Source of the DNA: a virus
Length of the DNA: 64,000 nucleotides
Reading direction: 5' to 3' (one strand)
IMG/VR virus record: IMGVR_UViG_3300037882_000456
Coordinates: 7,882 to 71,881 of that record
Below are positions 10,112 to 20,177 of this stretch, one piece after another. Position numbers and translations under genes: made by a program. The first letter of the stretch is position 1. Each line of letters begins with the position of its first letter. The notes beneath the pieces are model-generated. The model did no database searches. It saw nothing but the letters and a program-made list of their open reading frames with translations, and had not been told where the DNA came from.

Positions 10112-11269
10112 CTAGACGGAGACGAATCTCTCGGGAATAGAATACGACGGCAGACCGTCATTTTCAAGGTACAGACGTAGGGCCTGCTCATCAATTGTAC
10201 CACGATGGGCGCAGACCAGAGAGCCCTCCTCGACGTACACGGACTTGACGTTGTACCCGCGAGCGCGAAGCATATTGCAAATCTCTACAGGGAACACAGA
10301 AAAGCCACTCACCTTTGCCTTGCCTCTACCGATCAACTCGATCAAATCGCCATGAGCCTCTATAACGTCGCCGGTATCTACAAAGTCCTTCTTTTGATAA
10401 CCGGAACCATCAATGGTCCCGACAGTCATCTCGCTAACAAGTCTGTCGCCAGAGCCCTCTACCATTGGTGCCATCCAAAAGAAAGGCTCGCTCGCCATGC
10501 GTGCGCCTAAGATTCCTGCCTCGGTACACGAGTAAACGTCTACGATCTCTGGGTTGCCGAATACAACCTTGGCTTGCTCAATCGAATCCTCACCTAGTGG
10601 GGCCGATGCGGATAGAAAGCAGCCAAACTTTCGCTGATATCCTGCTGACCACAACTTGCTGACAACCATGCCCTTCGTCATAATAGAAAGGTCATCTGCC
10701 TGGACAAATGCGCTCAGGCTGTCTGCCGTTGGTCTTTCTGTCATCATAGACAGGGGAACCTCTAGGGCAAGTGCGGCGAGATAAGAAAGAACCGTCGTTT
10801 GGAGTGGAGCCGTCATAAAGGCGCGACCGATGAGCAGGGCGGGCATTGTCTTTTCTCCCCAATCAATCATCTTCTCGATCATATCTGGCTGCATGAAATA
10901 CGGCTCTACGATGTTGATCTTTGGCGTTCCAGATGTGCCAGACGACACGGACGCAAGAGAGCCGTCAGGAAACCCTGAGGCGTGTGCCAGAAACTGACCA
11001 GTGAGGCGATCCGCCACTTCTCCACGAAAGAAGTTGGGAAGGGCAAAGACCCTTGCGCCGCCTGCGAGAAGCCCTAAAACCTGGGGGATTTGAATAGGGT
11101 CGCCCGTAATGGAAAGAACAACAGCCTCTCCCTTTACACCTTCCGATGAGCGAAGGGCTGCCGCCTCGAACTCCCTGCCAGACATTGCTTCGCCGTCAAG
11201 CCTGATCGGCTCGGGCATCTGACTAATCTTGTCAATCAGATAAAGAGCATCAAGCGACGGTGGCACCAT
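10112..11269 (-). CDS. ANL-family adenylate-forming enzyme (acyl-CoA synthetase-like)
   Basis: AMP-binding motifs SSGTSGTPK, YSCTEAG, TGD, GR, 'VFPVEI'; probable start MVPPS at 11269. Confidence 0.8.
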   Translation of the reverse strand: MVPPSLDALYLIDKISQMPEPIRLDGEAMSGREFEAAALRSSEGVKGEAVVLSITGDPIQIPQVLGLLAGGARVFALPNFFRGEVADRLTGQFLAHASGFPDGSLASVSSGTSGTPKINIVEPYFMQPDMIEKMIDWGEKTMPALLIGRAFMTAPLQTTVLSYLAALALEVPLSMMTERPTADSLSAFVQADDLSIMTKGMVVSKLWSAGYQRKFGCFLSASAPLGEDSIEQAKVVFGNPEIVDVYSCTEAGILGARMASEPFFWMAPMVEGSGDRLVSEMTVGTIDGSGYQKKDFVDTGDVIEAHGDLIELIGRGKAKVSGFSVFPVEICNMLRARGYNVKSVYVEEGSLVCAHRGTIDEQALRLYLENDGLPSYSIPERFVSV

Positions 11270-11666
11270 GACCGAGTCTCGTGTACATCTCGCCCATCGT
11301 TTCAACTTCGCCGTTTGGGCCGTATGCCAGAGGCGGCTTGTGTGCATAGTTAAACGTGATGAACAGAGTGTACGCTGGGGTGTCAGAAACCGATGCAATC
11401 TTGTGCAACTGAGTGTTGTTCATCCTATGGATGTTAAACCTGCGCCTCATGTGGTTTACAAAGCCATCTTCTACAGCGTCTGCCTTGAAAACATTCTCTG
11501 AGTACCAGCCCTTTAGACCGATGGAGACAAAGTCACATCCATGGTTGTGAGGAAATGCCTCCTCGTCATCAGGAACCGTGATCCTATTAAGCATCACACT
11601 AAAGAACCTGTTATGAATGTACTGCTTGCGAGACATACTTGATCCGCCTCGGTCGTCAAACTTCAC
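11250..11666 (-). CDS. Cupin/cysteine-dioxygenase-like protein (copy 1)
   Basis: 'PHNHG.DFVSIGL.GWY.E', 'H.I', 'YTLFIT'; paralog of 9704..10108. Confidence 0.65.
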   Translation of the reverse strand: MKFDDRGGSSMSRKQYIHNRFFSVMLNRITVPDDEEAFPHNHGCDFVSIGLKGWYSENVFKADAVEDGFVNHMRRRFNIHRMNNTQLHKIASVSDTPAYTLFITFNYAHKPPLAYGPNGEVETMGEMYTRLGHGATVA

Positions 11667-11761
11667 TGTGTCACCTCCGTGTCAATTCCAACGAACGAAT
11701 CCGCTGGTGCTTCTGCGGGTGGTGCGTCGAGTGCCACCACCCAAGTCTTTGTGCCCTCCAT
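11663..11761 (-). CDS. 32-aa peptide MEGTKTWVVALDAPPAEAPADSFVGIDTEVTQ (not in ORF track)
   Basis: TAATG overlap with upstream gene and GTGA overlap with downstream gene. Confidence 0.6.
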   Translation of the reverse strand: MEGTKTWVVALDAPPAEAPADSFVGIDTEVTQ

Positions 11762-12195
11762 TACAGAATGCCCTCCAAGAAGATCGCGCGTTCGGCGTCC
11801 TTCCTCTGCTCCTGCATTGCGTTATCAACGGGAGGGAAGTCGTCAATGTTCTTTGGGATAGCGAACCCATACCTGTCAGCAACCAGCCTGCCAGCGGGTG
11901 AGGGATCGTGGATGTAGATCCTCTTAATTCCTGCGGCCTCTTTGGTGTAGTAGAACAACTTGGTAAAGATGCCCTGCTCCTGGTACATCGGAGATGTCCA
12001 AACAATCCCGCCAGTAACACACGAGCCAACACAATTATCGCACATGGTCCCTGCGCGCGCGGTCTTAAAGGTCACAATGGAGACGACTTCGCCTGATTCG
12101 TTCTGCGCTACGCCGACGACTGCGCCACCACCCCATAGGTGAATAGACTGCTGGACCTCGTCCTGCGTAAGTAACCTGTACTGAATTTCACTCAT
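11761..12195 (-). CDS. GNAT-like acetyltransferase
   Basis: 'IVWTSPMYQEQGIFTKL' (motif A) and 'SPAG..V...YGF'; leaderless TATAAT-N6-ATG. Confidence 0.7.
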   Translation of the reverse strand: MSEIQYRLLTQDEVQQSIHLWGGGAVVGVAQNESGEVVSIVTFKTARAGTMCDNCVGSCVTGGIVWTSPMYQEQGIFTKLFYYTKEAAGIKRIYIHDPSPAGRLVADRYGFAIPKNIDDFPPVDNAMQEQRKDAERAIFLEGIL

Positions 12196-12228
12196 GGGTC
12201 AATTATACCATGGGACAAAGCAAACTGC

Positions 12229-12747
12229 TTACGGTTCTAGGGCTAGAATGCGCGCTTCAAGGGCATCCATGCGGTCATCTAGGCCCTGTGCTCTCACGTT
12301 TAGATTGAGCACGGCATTCGCCTGAATGCCAGTTGAGCGTGCGCCTGATGCAAGCAGCATACTGTACGCATAAGAAACCTGAGTTAGAACCAGGAAGGCA
12401 AGTTTGTCTACGGTGTCAGACCTATAGTTGAACGCGCTATAGTTTCTCAGAGCAACCTGGACGGGTGTGTTGGCTGTGGCGAACTCTGTCGGCGTCACAG
12501 AACCGTCCTCCGTTGCCACCCTAAGCGCCTCTAGTGCGGCCATAAGTTGTCCAGACATAACGCTAATCGCCGTGATCTCTTCTGCGGGGGCAGAAGGGAA
12601 GTTTGCTAGATACTCAGCAAGGTCATCCTGGTTTCGTGGTCGAACGGCTTCGACAATAAGCCTGCTTTGATCCACGACCTGAACCGTTTGTGTAACGGTG
12701 TCGTAAACCTTAATGTTGCCTGTTGGCAACAGCCACTCTCTAATCAT
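12229..12747 (-). CDS. Helical protein with C-terminal coiled coil (tail-fibre accessory?)
   Basis: Likely start MIREW at 12747 (TAATG overlap); ends 'DALEARILALE'. Confidence 0.5.
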   Translation of the reverse strand: MIREWLLPTGNIKVYDTVTQTVQVVDQSRLIVEAVRPRNQDDLAEYLANFPSAPAEEITAISVMSGQLMAALEALRVATEDGSVTPTEFATANTPVQVALRNYSAFNYRSDTVDKLAFLVLTQVSYAYSMLLASGARSTGIQANAVLNLNVRAQGLDDRMDALEARILALEP

Positions 12748-13700
12748 TACACTCCCGTCCCCTTCTTGATATAAATGTTCGGTCCACCATTTGAAATGCC
12801 CGGTGTTCCAGAGTTTGTTCCCTGTGCTGTAGTCGTGGCAATCGCATTCACGCCAAGTGGAGAGAACCCAATCGTTCCAGATGCAGAAGGATAGTAACAA
12901 GGAAGGGTTCTGGCGTACCTTAGACCATTAACCACAAGTTCAGTCTTGTTTGCAAGTTGTCCTGACTGGTCACCCGAACCGGCGAGATAGTTGTCGCCTG
13001 CGAAGAAGCAGTTGTTCACTCTACCAATTAACCCACTCGTTCCACCAATTATAACATAGGGCCACAGGATGTCGCCACCAAGAAACTTCTTTGATGGTGC
13101 GAGATCTCCAACTGCTGGCTGATCTTGGATGGCTGGACGCATAGTAGCCAACTCAATTGTTTCCTGGGCGGCGTCCTGATTGATTGCCCTACCGGAAGAT
13201 GAAAATGCCGCTGTGCCTGCGGAAGCAGAGGTCCAGGTTCCAGGGTCAGATGAGAATGACGCGAGCATAACCTTGTGGTTCGCGGCATTTGAGTTAGAAG
13301 CGGAATACGGAGTGTACTTGGTAAGCAGCACGAATGAGGACGGCGAGCCATATGTAACATCATTGGCTCCAGTCAATGCCTGTGACGGCCCCATAATCTT
13401 TAGGTAGAAGTGGTCCGGGGAAATAGACAATTCAACTTCCATGTACGAGCCAGAAAAAGTCGTGTTGCCTGAAATAAGATAGAACGAAGCGCCAGAGAAG
13501 TCGGGGCTTGTAAACAACATCTTTCCGTTGGTACCGAACGCTACCGGAGGAGTAATGCTCAGGGTCGTTCCACCAGATGTAGAAGAGTACGTTCCTGCCG
13601 CATTTGTCCAGCCAGATGCGGCCAGTTGTGTCGTGATGATGTTAAGCAGGGCAGAGCCGTCTGCTGTACCAGAATACGTGCTTGACTTTGTGTACGTCAT
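12747..13700 (-). CDS. Putative minor tail/virion protein
   Basis: 317 aa, G/S/T-rich; 'L...GWT' N-terminus. Confidence 0.55.
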   Translation of the reverse strand: MTYTKSSTYSGTADGSALLNIITTQLAASGWTNAAGTYSSTSGGTTLSITPPVAFGTNGKMLFTSPDFSGASFYLISGNTTFSGSYMEVELSISPDHFYLKIMGPSQALTGANDVTYGSPSSFVLLTKYTPYSASNSNAANHKVMLASFSSDPGTWTSASAGTAAFSSSGRAINQDAAQETIELATMRPAIQDQPAVGDLAPSKKFLGGDILWPYVIIGGTSGLIGRVNNCFFAGDNYLAGSGDQSGQLANKTELVVNGLRYARTLPCYYPSASGTIGFSPLGVNAIATTTAQGTNSGTPGISNGGPNIYIKKGTGV

Positions 13701-14149
13701 GTTGTTTCACCCACCTCGTATATCTTATCAGTTCCTAGATATGGAACGCCGGTCGGGACAAAGTTAGTATTGACAGGGCTTTCGTTGACGCCCGTTTCGT
13801 GTTGAGTCGGTGCCCACTTAAACCCCGAGTCAGCAGAACGAAAGGCCCAGTAATCCTCTAGTGTCCACTCTAACCTATCCCAGTACATAGTGGTCCCCCT
13901 CGCAATGATCCCAATGGTATCAAACGAGGATCCGCTGACCGCTTCTGTGTGCCACGGGGTATCGGCAGATGTTGGCTTGTTTGTCTGTACATAGATCTTC
14001 AAAGTAAGAGAGCCTGTGTTTGAAGGCGGATAGGACCCTGTGGTGTTTGTGACTCCACCGGGGTCAATAACAAACCAAACCCTCGAAGGATTTGGAAGGT
14101 CTGTCTGTGTACTGTATGTGTACGATGTGCTAACTCCGTTGCCACCCAT
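13697..14149 (-). CDS. Putative virion protein
   Basis: 150 aa, translationally coupled. Confidence 0.5.
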   Translation of the reverse strand: MGGNGVSTSYTYSTQTDLPNPSRVWFVIDPGGVTNTTGSYPPSNTGSLTLKIYVQTNKPTSADTPWHTEAVSGSSFDTIGIIARGTTMYWDRLEWTLEDYWAFRSADSGFKWAPTQHETGVNESPVNTNFVPTGVPYLGTDKIYEVGETT

Positions 14150-15135
14150 TACGCTGCACCCGACTCGATTGTGATTGCCTTGACGCCGAGGGCAGCGATG
14201 TCAGAGTTAAAGTAGATATTCTTCATGGCTCCACCAATGGTTAGTTTGATTGCTCCACCACCGCCGTTGTAATCAAGACAGATCATTTGGAATGGGTGGT
14301 CAGCCGATACCAAGCCCTTCGGGGCAGACCTGTTAGATGTCACAATGGAATACCCTGGTGCGGCACCGGTGCAAGTAAGATAAGAAGAGTAGATCGTCTG
14401 TGCGCCAGTGATCGCTCCGTATGGAGTTACGAGTTCTGTATCTCCTGGCGTCGAGGCATTGGCAGTATTGTACTGCGTTGCTGACTCTGGCCCAACAAAG
14501 TGATCGCTGAACAGGACTCTAGGCCCAGGGCCATTGTTGTACACAAGGCCAACGCGGTACATCTTGATCAGATCAAATATCACGCCCGTCTTTGTGGCGA
14601 AAACACCTGCATACCTGTTGTTTCCTGTCATTGAATTGAGCAACTGGCTATACTGAAATGGAGTGCTAAAGTTCAAGTCCATTAACTTCAACCATGTTGC
14701 GCCGCTCTTGTAGTGAACTACCCAGCCATATTGACCTGGCGACATCTTTATTGTCTGAACGGATCCGCGCGCGAATGGGCATGGAATCTCGGTAACTGAC
14801 GCAACACCGGGGCCGAGCACCGAGGGAGTTGTGCCTGCAAGTTTCAGCGTTAGAAGAGTGTCGCTACCAACATAAGAGATTTCAAACTTCACGCCCGTGG
14901 TGAAGTTAAGGCTGTTTGTGTTTGTAAAGAGGCCAGCACCGTCCTGAATTGCGAACGTGGATTCGACTGTCATTGGGCTAGAGTTGATCACGCTACTTGC
15001 GGCTACCATTGCCAAAGTTCCATTAGCGGAGTTATTGACCACGCCGGTTGCTCCGCTTGTGCCCCACGAACCCGCGATCTCAGTGACGCCTAGGATTCCT
15101 GGGACCGAGCCATCAATCATAAAGAATGGCTTCAT
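14149..15135 (-). CDS. Putative virion/receptor-binding protein
   Basis: 328 aa, beta-rich, coupled to collagen gene. Confidence 0.5.
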   Translation of the reverse strand: MKPFFMIDGSVPGILGVTEIAGSWGTSGATGVVNNSANGTLAMVAASSVINSSPMTVESTFAIQDGAGLFTNTNSLNFTTGVKFEISYVGSDTLLTLKLAGTTPSVLGPGVASVTEIPCPFARGSVQTIKMSPGQYGWVVHYKSGATWLKLMDLNFSTPFQYSQLLNSMTGNNRYAGVFATKTGVIFDLIKMYRVGLVYNNGPGPRVLFSDHFVGPESATQYNTANASTPGDTELVTPYGAITGAQTIYSSYLTCTGAAPGYSIVTSNRSAPKGLVSADHPFQMICLDYNGGGGAIKLTIGGAMKNIYFNSDIAALGVKAITIESGAA

Positions 15136-16682
15136 GGAGTTGTCCAGTCTAGCCTGAAAGTGACCTTAGTTGGAGCAGTTCCTGTAATCGAGGTTGCGGC
15201 GATCTGAATTACGCTGCCTGCTGTACCTGCATGAGAGACGCTAAATGCCTGATATGTTACACCGGCGGTTACTGTCATCGGTGCTCCAAAGTTTGTTCCA
15301 TCCTTTACCAACTGGATGTTAAATGAATCCGAGCCTGCGACTGCGGTGTAAACCACCCTGGTGATTGTGAAAGCATCTGGCATTGGGAGTCTTGCATCAT
15401 ATGTCTTTGACGCTAGCGTGCCGATGCCGCCGAATTGCGCCGTTACTGCACCGTTAGTGCCGTTGGTTCCAGCAGCGCCATCAGATCCGTCAAGTCCTGG
15501 GTCGCCCTGGATACCTTGAATACCCTGGATTCCTTGATCACCTTGGATTCCTTGAATGCCCTGAGCGCCGTCGCTGCCATCGAGGCCTGCATCACCCTGA
15601 ATTCCCTGGATTCCTTGAATACCCTGATCGCCTTGATCGCCCTGGGGGCCAGGAACCGTAGAGTCTGCGCCTGGGATGCCCTGAATTCCTTGGATTCCTT
15701 GGATTCCTTGATCACCCTCTGGACCTGGAACTGTAGAGTCTGCGCCGTCAGCGCCATCGACACCTGGAATTCCCTGAATGCCTTGGATTCCCTGGATACC
15801 CTGGTCACCTTCTGGTCCCGGTACGGTCGAGGCAGCGCCAGTCTCACCTTGAATGCCCTGGATTCCCTGAATGCCCTGGATTCCTTGATCTCCGGTGTCA
15901 CCCTTATCACCTTTGTCACCCTTGATTCCCTGGATGCCCTGATCTCCCTGGTTTCCGAGATCGCCCTTTAAGCCCTGAATTCCCTGATTACCCTGGATTC
16001 CCTGGATCCCCTGGTCACCAGTGTCACCCTTAACACCCTGAATGCCTTGATCGCCAGTGTCACCCTTAATGCCCTGAATTCCTTGAATACCCTGAATTCC
16101 CTGCTCACCCTGAGGGCCTCTGATCTGACCAGCGTTCGTCCACTGAGTCCCAGTCCAAACCATACCATCGCCTGCGATGCCGACACCAGACTGAGAAGCA
16201 GCAAGGATCCACATATCACCTGACTGTGGTGACTCTAGAGCGATTGCAGACCAAGTTGCCGTTCCCTTGACAACAATTCCAGAGCCGTCTTGTCCATCAA
16301 GACCATCCACACCGGGCTCGCCACGGAACGTTCCAACGTCAATCCAAGAAGAACCATCCCAAACCCAAAGGTTATCTCCAACAACATAAGAAACTACGCC
16401 GTTTCCAGATGGGTACGCTGCAATAAGGTCGCCAGAGGTCGGGAATGATCCGCCGATAGTTCCGTAGCCAAGCGTCTTAAGACCATAGGTTCCGTCTGTA
16501 CGACGGAAAAGAACCTGATAAGCGCGGCCACCAGATGTGCTTACATCAGCCAAGTCGTCAAGCGAAATAGTCGCGCCGGTGCTTGTGGTGGGCTGGCCTC
16601 CTACTGGGGCCGTTGAAGAAAACCCTGGAAGGCCTGGGGAAGTTACAATTCCCGATTCTTGGGACTCATCGTATACAGGCAT
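15132..16682 (-). CDS. Collagen-like fibre protein
   Basis: Long Gly-X-Y run (GIQ/GDQ/GDT); leaderless TATAAT-N6-ATG. Confidence 0.9.
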   Translation of the reverse strand: MPVYDESQESGIVTSPGLPGFSSTAPVGGQPTTSTGATISLDDLADVSTSGGRAYQVLFRRTDGTYGLKTLGYGTIGGSFPTSGDLIAAYPSGNGVVSYVVGDNLWVWDGSSWIDVGTFRGEPGVDGLDGQDGSGIVVKGTATWSAIALESPQSGDMWILAASQSGVGIAGDGMVWTGTQWTNAGQIRGPQGEQGIQGIQGIQGIKGDTGDQGIQGVKGDTGDQGIQGIQGNQGIQGLKGDLGNQGDQGIQGIKGDKGDKGDTGDQGIQGIQGIQGIQGETGAASTVPGPEGDQGIQGIQGIQGIPGVDGADGADSTVPGPEGDQGIQGIQGIQGIPGADSTVPGPQGDQGDQGIQGIQGIQGDAGLDGSDGAQGIQGIQGDQGIQGIQGIQGDPGLDGSDGAAGTNGTNGAVTAQFGGIGTLASKTYDARLPMPDAFTITRVVYTAVAGSDSFNIQLVKDGTNFGAPMTVTAGVTYQAFSVSHAGTAGSVIQIAATSITGTAPTKVTFRLDWTTP

Positions 16683-16711
16683 GAATTCATTATACCATTA
16701 AGCCGATCAGA

Positions 16712-19015
16712 TTACACCCAGGTAGAGCCGTCATACTTCTTAATGCCCGACACCGTTACCCATGAGTTTCCATCCCATGACTTAACGGCCACGGCGGCTA
16801 CAAAGGAGGAGCCGTTGTGGAACTTGATCGACACCTGACCGGGGATTCCATTCATGGATTCCGAAGTCTTGATCTTTGCCTGATCAGAAACTGGGATAGA
16901 TACGGAGATTGTGATTGACTCAGTGACCTTTGGACTTATCTGCTCGCTAACAGGAACGTCGATGTTTCCAATTGCTACCGAGGCTGATTCAACAGACTTT
17001 GGCTTTGCAGAGTCAGAAACTGGAATGCTAGCCGCTACCACTGCGGCGTCTACGGCCTTCGGCCTTGAAGTATCGGATAGCGCGAGGCCTACAGTGGGTA
17101 CGGCAAAAACTTCGGCAGTCTTTGGCTTCGCCGTATCCGTCACCGCGACGCTAACAGCGACCGTTATGGACTCAACGGCCTTAGGTGCCAGTCCATCTGA
17201 AACCGGAACAGCAGTCTCGCCCGTAGAAGCGTTAACCGACTCACTTACCTTGCCCAGCAGCGTGTCAGTTAGTGATACAGACGCGGGTGCGCTCAATAAC
17301 TCAACGGCCTTGGGGCTGGCTGTATCCGTTAGAGAAATGGATACTTCAATCGTTGCAGAGTCTACCACCTTCGGCTTTGCTGCATCCGAAGTAGGAACAG
17401 CGGTTCCTGCACCAGTGTCTACACTAACAACATCTGCAATCTTTGGCTTAACAAGGTCGGAGACAGGAGCGTTAACCGTTATAGTTATCGATTCCGCTGC
17501 CTTCGGCTTTGCGCTGTCAGATAGAAGGATGGCGACTTCTGTGACAATTGACTCAGAAACCTTGGGCTTAATGGAGTCAGACAGGGATACGGCATTCTCA
17601 ACGAGTACGGACTCAGCGATCTTCGGCTTGGCGAGATCTGAAACCGCCGGTGCGTTTGCGATGGCTACAGATTCGACAACCTTAGGCTTTACATTATCTG
17701 CCAATGGCGAGTCGGCGGTGATCGTAATAGACTCTACGGACTTCGGCTTGGCACCATCGGAGATGTTAGTTCCCCCACCAAGTCCAGTGTCGGTGATGTA
17801 GGCGTTCCAGTTTGAGATCTCCCAGTAACCACCAACTCCATCTCCACGAAGATACAGCCTGACGTACCTTGCCTCGGCTGGCAGGGTGAAAGTTTCTGTC
17901 TCTACAACTGTCTGGGTTGGGGTAATGTTCCCATACCTAAGATCAAGGTAATTGATGTCCGTGGTGTTGGTGTACGAAACGTTGGCGTTCGTCGCTGACC
18001 ACACACCAGTAAGAAGTGAAGTTAGGTTGTTTACATTCGAGCCATCGTTGCGATAGTCAGCCTGAACAACAAGGTTTCTTCCAAGACCATTGGTGTCAAC
18101 AACGTAGCCCGCAAAGGCGGTCATTTCAGATGCTGATGTAAGAACTCCTAGCCTGTCATCGGGCTGGGTGTTCGAATACCATGTAGTTGTTGCATTAGAA
18201 GTGTGAACCCAATCGCTTTGACCTGGGCTTCCTAGCCACGGTGGAGGAAAGAACCTTGGCCCCTGGTTAGCGTACTCAACCGCCTTGGGCTTGATCGTAT
18301 CAGAAACGCTGATACTTCTATTGGCGGGCTGTAGCCTGAGTGCGATACCTGAGAAGTCCTTGGCGGTACCATAATCGCTAGCATACTCTGCGCTGCCGCC
18401 AGGAAGACTTGTGTGAAAACCAACATCAAGGCAAACATTCGATGCCGCGCCGCCGCTGATTGTTGAAACGCGGTTGGCTGTCCAGCCAGTTGTGGGATTG
18501 TTCGTGTAACTTACCCAGTCGGAATCTGGCGCTTCTACTGCCAGGGCTACGAGGGCGGCGTCGCCGGTGTTGGCACCGGACCCTGAGTAAATACCGGCAA
18601 AGGTCGGATCGAATGAGCCGCTATTAGACTCGCTAGTTACTACCCCTACACCGGAGAAAACAAAATAGCGCATCGCCTTAGCGGTGATGGATGGAGAAAA
18701 GGTCGCTGTCAGGATGCCGATATTTCCGGCGGCTGTAACTGTAGCGTACGCTATGTTAACTTGCGCGGAGTTGCCTGCCGAGGCATTGCCGTTCGCGCCG
18801 ACGACATACGTCCAGGCGCTCAACGTCGCCAACCCCGAGCCAGATTGCGTTATGGCAATGGTTGGGGTTGACGCTGAGGCGTTGTCAGAAGACGTTGAAA
18901 CAATTACTACGTCGCCAATTGCCGATGGGGCATCCGTGCCAGCGCCATCCGATAAAGTAGTACCGGCAGCCTTAAGCGAAATTCCGCCCGAAACAAAAGT
19001 GTTTAGAATAGCCAT
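16712..19015 (-). CDS. Large virion protein with tandem 'SDxxKPKxxES' repeats
   Basis: About 16 imperfect 21-26 aa repeats; C-terminal 'WDGNSWV/YDGSTWV'. Confidence 0.7.
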   Translation of the reverse strand: MAILNTFVSGGISLKAAGTTLSDGAGTDAPSAIGDVVIVSTSSDNASASTPTIAITQSGSGLATLSAWTYVVGANGNASAGNSAQVNIAYATVTAAGNIGILTATFSPSITAKAMRYFVFSGVGVVTSESNSGSFDPTFAGIYSGSGANTGDAALVALAVEAPDSDWVSYTNNPTTGWTANRVSTISGGAASNVCLDVGFHTSLPGGSAEYASDYGTAKDFSGIALRLQPANRSISVSDTIKPKAVEYANQGPRFFPPPWLGSPGQSDWVHTSNATTTWYSNTQPDDRLGVLTSASEMTAFAGYVVDTNGLGRNLVVQADYRNDGSNVNNLTSLLTGVWSATNANVSYTNTTDINYLDLRYGNITPTQTVVETETFTLPAEARYVRLYLRGDGVGGYWEISNWNAYITDTGLGGGTNISDGAKPKSVESITITADSPLADNVKPKVVESVAIANAPAVSDLAKPKIAESVLVENAVSLSDSIKPKVSESIVTEVAILLSDSAKPKAAESITITVNAPVSDLVKPKIADVVSVDTGAGTAVPTSDAAKPKVVDSATIEVSISLTDTASPKAVELLSAPASVSLTDTLLGKVSESVNASTGETAVPVSDGLAPKAVESITVAVSVAVTDTAKPKTAEVFAVPTVGLALSDTSRPKAVDAAVVAASIPVSDSAKPKSVESASVAIGNIDVPVSEQISPKVTESITISVSIPVSDQAKIKTSESMNGIPGQVSIKFHNGSSFVAAVAVKSWDGNSWVTVSGIKKYDGSTWV

Positions 19016-19034
19016 AACTTATAGGCTACTAGAC

Positions 19035-19424
19035 TTATGCTCCGACAGAGAACGTAATAGTTGCAGTTACAGTCCAAGTCTGACCGGCTGACTTTGTACC
19101 CAGAGCCTCAACCTTGCGGCAAAGCATTGTCGCGCCGGAAGCGGAGTTAAAGACTCCCCACTCGTTCCAAACGTAGTTTGCTTCGGCAGAGCCGAATACA
19201 CTCTTGAACTGAGTTGCGCTTGCTGTGAGTGCGGTTGGGAAGGTTGCTTCCATAATTCTACGGAACTTGTTGGTTGCAGCCTGTAGGTCAACATAGGTTA
19301 GAGGGGTCGCATTGGTTGTGCTGTCACCGACGCCAATTCTTGCGTTCGCGTTGTTGAAAAACGTAACAGCCTCTCCAAGCACAGCCTTAGCCATGATATC
19401 TGAACCAGCATTAACTAGTGGCAT
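19035..19424 (-). CDS. Minor tail/baseplate-like protein
   Basis: 'IGVGD', 'F...EANYVWNEWGVFN', 'GTK...TW'. Confidence 0.6.
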   Translation of the reverse strand: MPLVNAGSDIMAKAVLGEAVTFFNNANARIGVGDSTTNATPLTYVDLQAATNKFRRIMEATFPTALTASATQFKSVFGSAEANYVWNEWGVFNSASGATMLCRKVEALGTKSAGQTWTVTATITFSVGA

Positions 19425-19426
19425 TA

Positions 19427-19600
19427 CTAGACCTCCTTCCCATTTACAGTATGTTCTACTAGTATACCATCAACATAGGTAAGAACATGCTCTTCGTAAG
19501 GAGTTGCACCCTCGCCTAGTTCGTCGTAATCGTCAGAAATGTACTTCTTGAATTCGTACACCTCTTTTGCGATTCCAATCTTAGTCTCTTCGGTTTCCAT
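19427..19600 (-). CDS. Small acidic hypothetical protein
   Basis: Likely start METEET at 19600. Confidence 0.5.
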   Translation of the reverse strand: METEETKIGIAKEVYEFKKYISDDYDELGEGATPYEEHVLTYVDGILVEHTVNGKEV

Positions 19601-19602
19601 TA

Positions 19603-19821
19603 TTATCCTGTCTGAATCCAAATATCGTTTGTGGCCGGTGCTAGCGGGGTGCCAGAAGATGGGCCAATGTAAACCTTTGTGCCTGTTGCTGCCATTCCTG
19701 TGCCGGTGCCCTTTTGCCATCCAGTCTGCACTGCACCCGTGGCGACGACCTTGATCACCGCTGGGGCCGAGACTCTGATGACTGGCTTTGCCACCACGGA
19801 AACCTTAATAACATCAGCCAT
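19603..19821 (-). CDS. Small virion-like protein
   Basis: 72 aa; 'P....NDIWIQT' tail-fibre-type motif. Confidence 0.5.
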   Translation of the reverse strand: MADVIKVSVVAKPVIRVSAPAVIKVVATGAVQTGWQKGTGTGMAATGTKVYIGPSSGTPLAPATNDIWIQTG

Positions 19822-20177
19822 TAGGAAGCATATCCCTTAGACACAACGATCTCGCCTTTGAGAATAACATCCTTCTCTGTTGCCGCGTTGGTCGTTAGAA
19901 TGTCGAAGTAGTATGAGCCCACAGCCCACCCTGCGGTTGTAGCCGAGGGGACTGTTACTCCGATGGTGCCTCCGGTTAGCGGGGCTGTGTAGGACGCGTA
20001 TGAGTTCGATGCATTGTTAACACCTGGAACCGCAGTTCCGGTGTTATCCACAATACCGATGCGTACAGCCGTGAAGCCAGTAAAGTTTACCGGCGTGGCC
20101 TCTGTCTCATCCGTATAGAGGACTACAGAGAACTTAAGGGTCGCCCCTGTGCTGGCATATACGATAACGTCACTCAT
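19821..20177 (-). CDS. BppU-like/virion structural protein
   Basis: 'G.T..F', 'NFTG', 'YYFDI', 'ILKG.I.V' pattern. Confidence 0.55.
   Translation of the reverse strand: MSDVIVYASTGATLKFSVVLYTDETEATPVNFTGFTAVRIGIVDNTGTAVPGVNNASNSYASYTAPLTGGTIGVTVPSATTAGWAVGSYYFDILTTNAATEKDVILKGEIVVSKGYAS

Noticed and set aside
15480-16120. Tandem DNA repeats as VNTR or diversity-generating retroelement
   Set aside because: They encode collagen Gly-X-Y triplets; no reverse transcriptase or TR/VR pair seen.
20044-20052. Single DnaA boxes at 20044 and 46846
   Set aside because: Isolated, inside or at the start of coding sequence (Val-Asp-Asn/Lys codons); likely chance.
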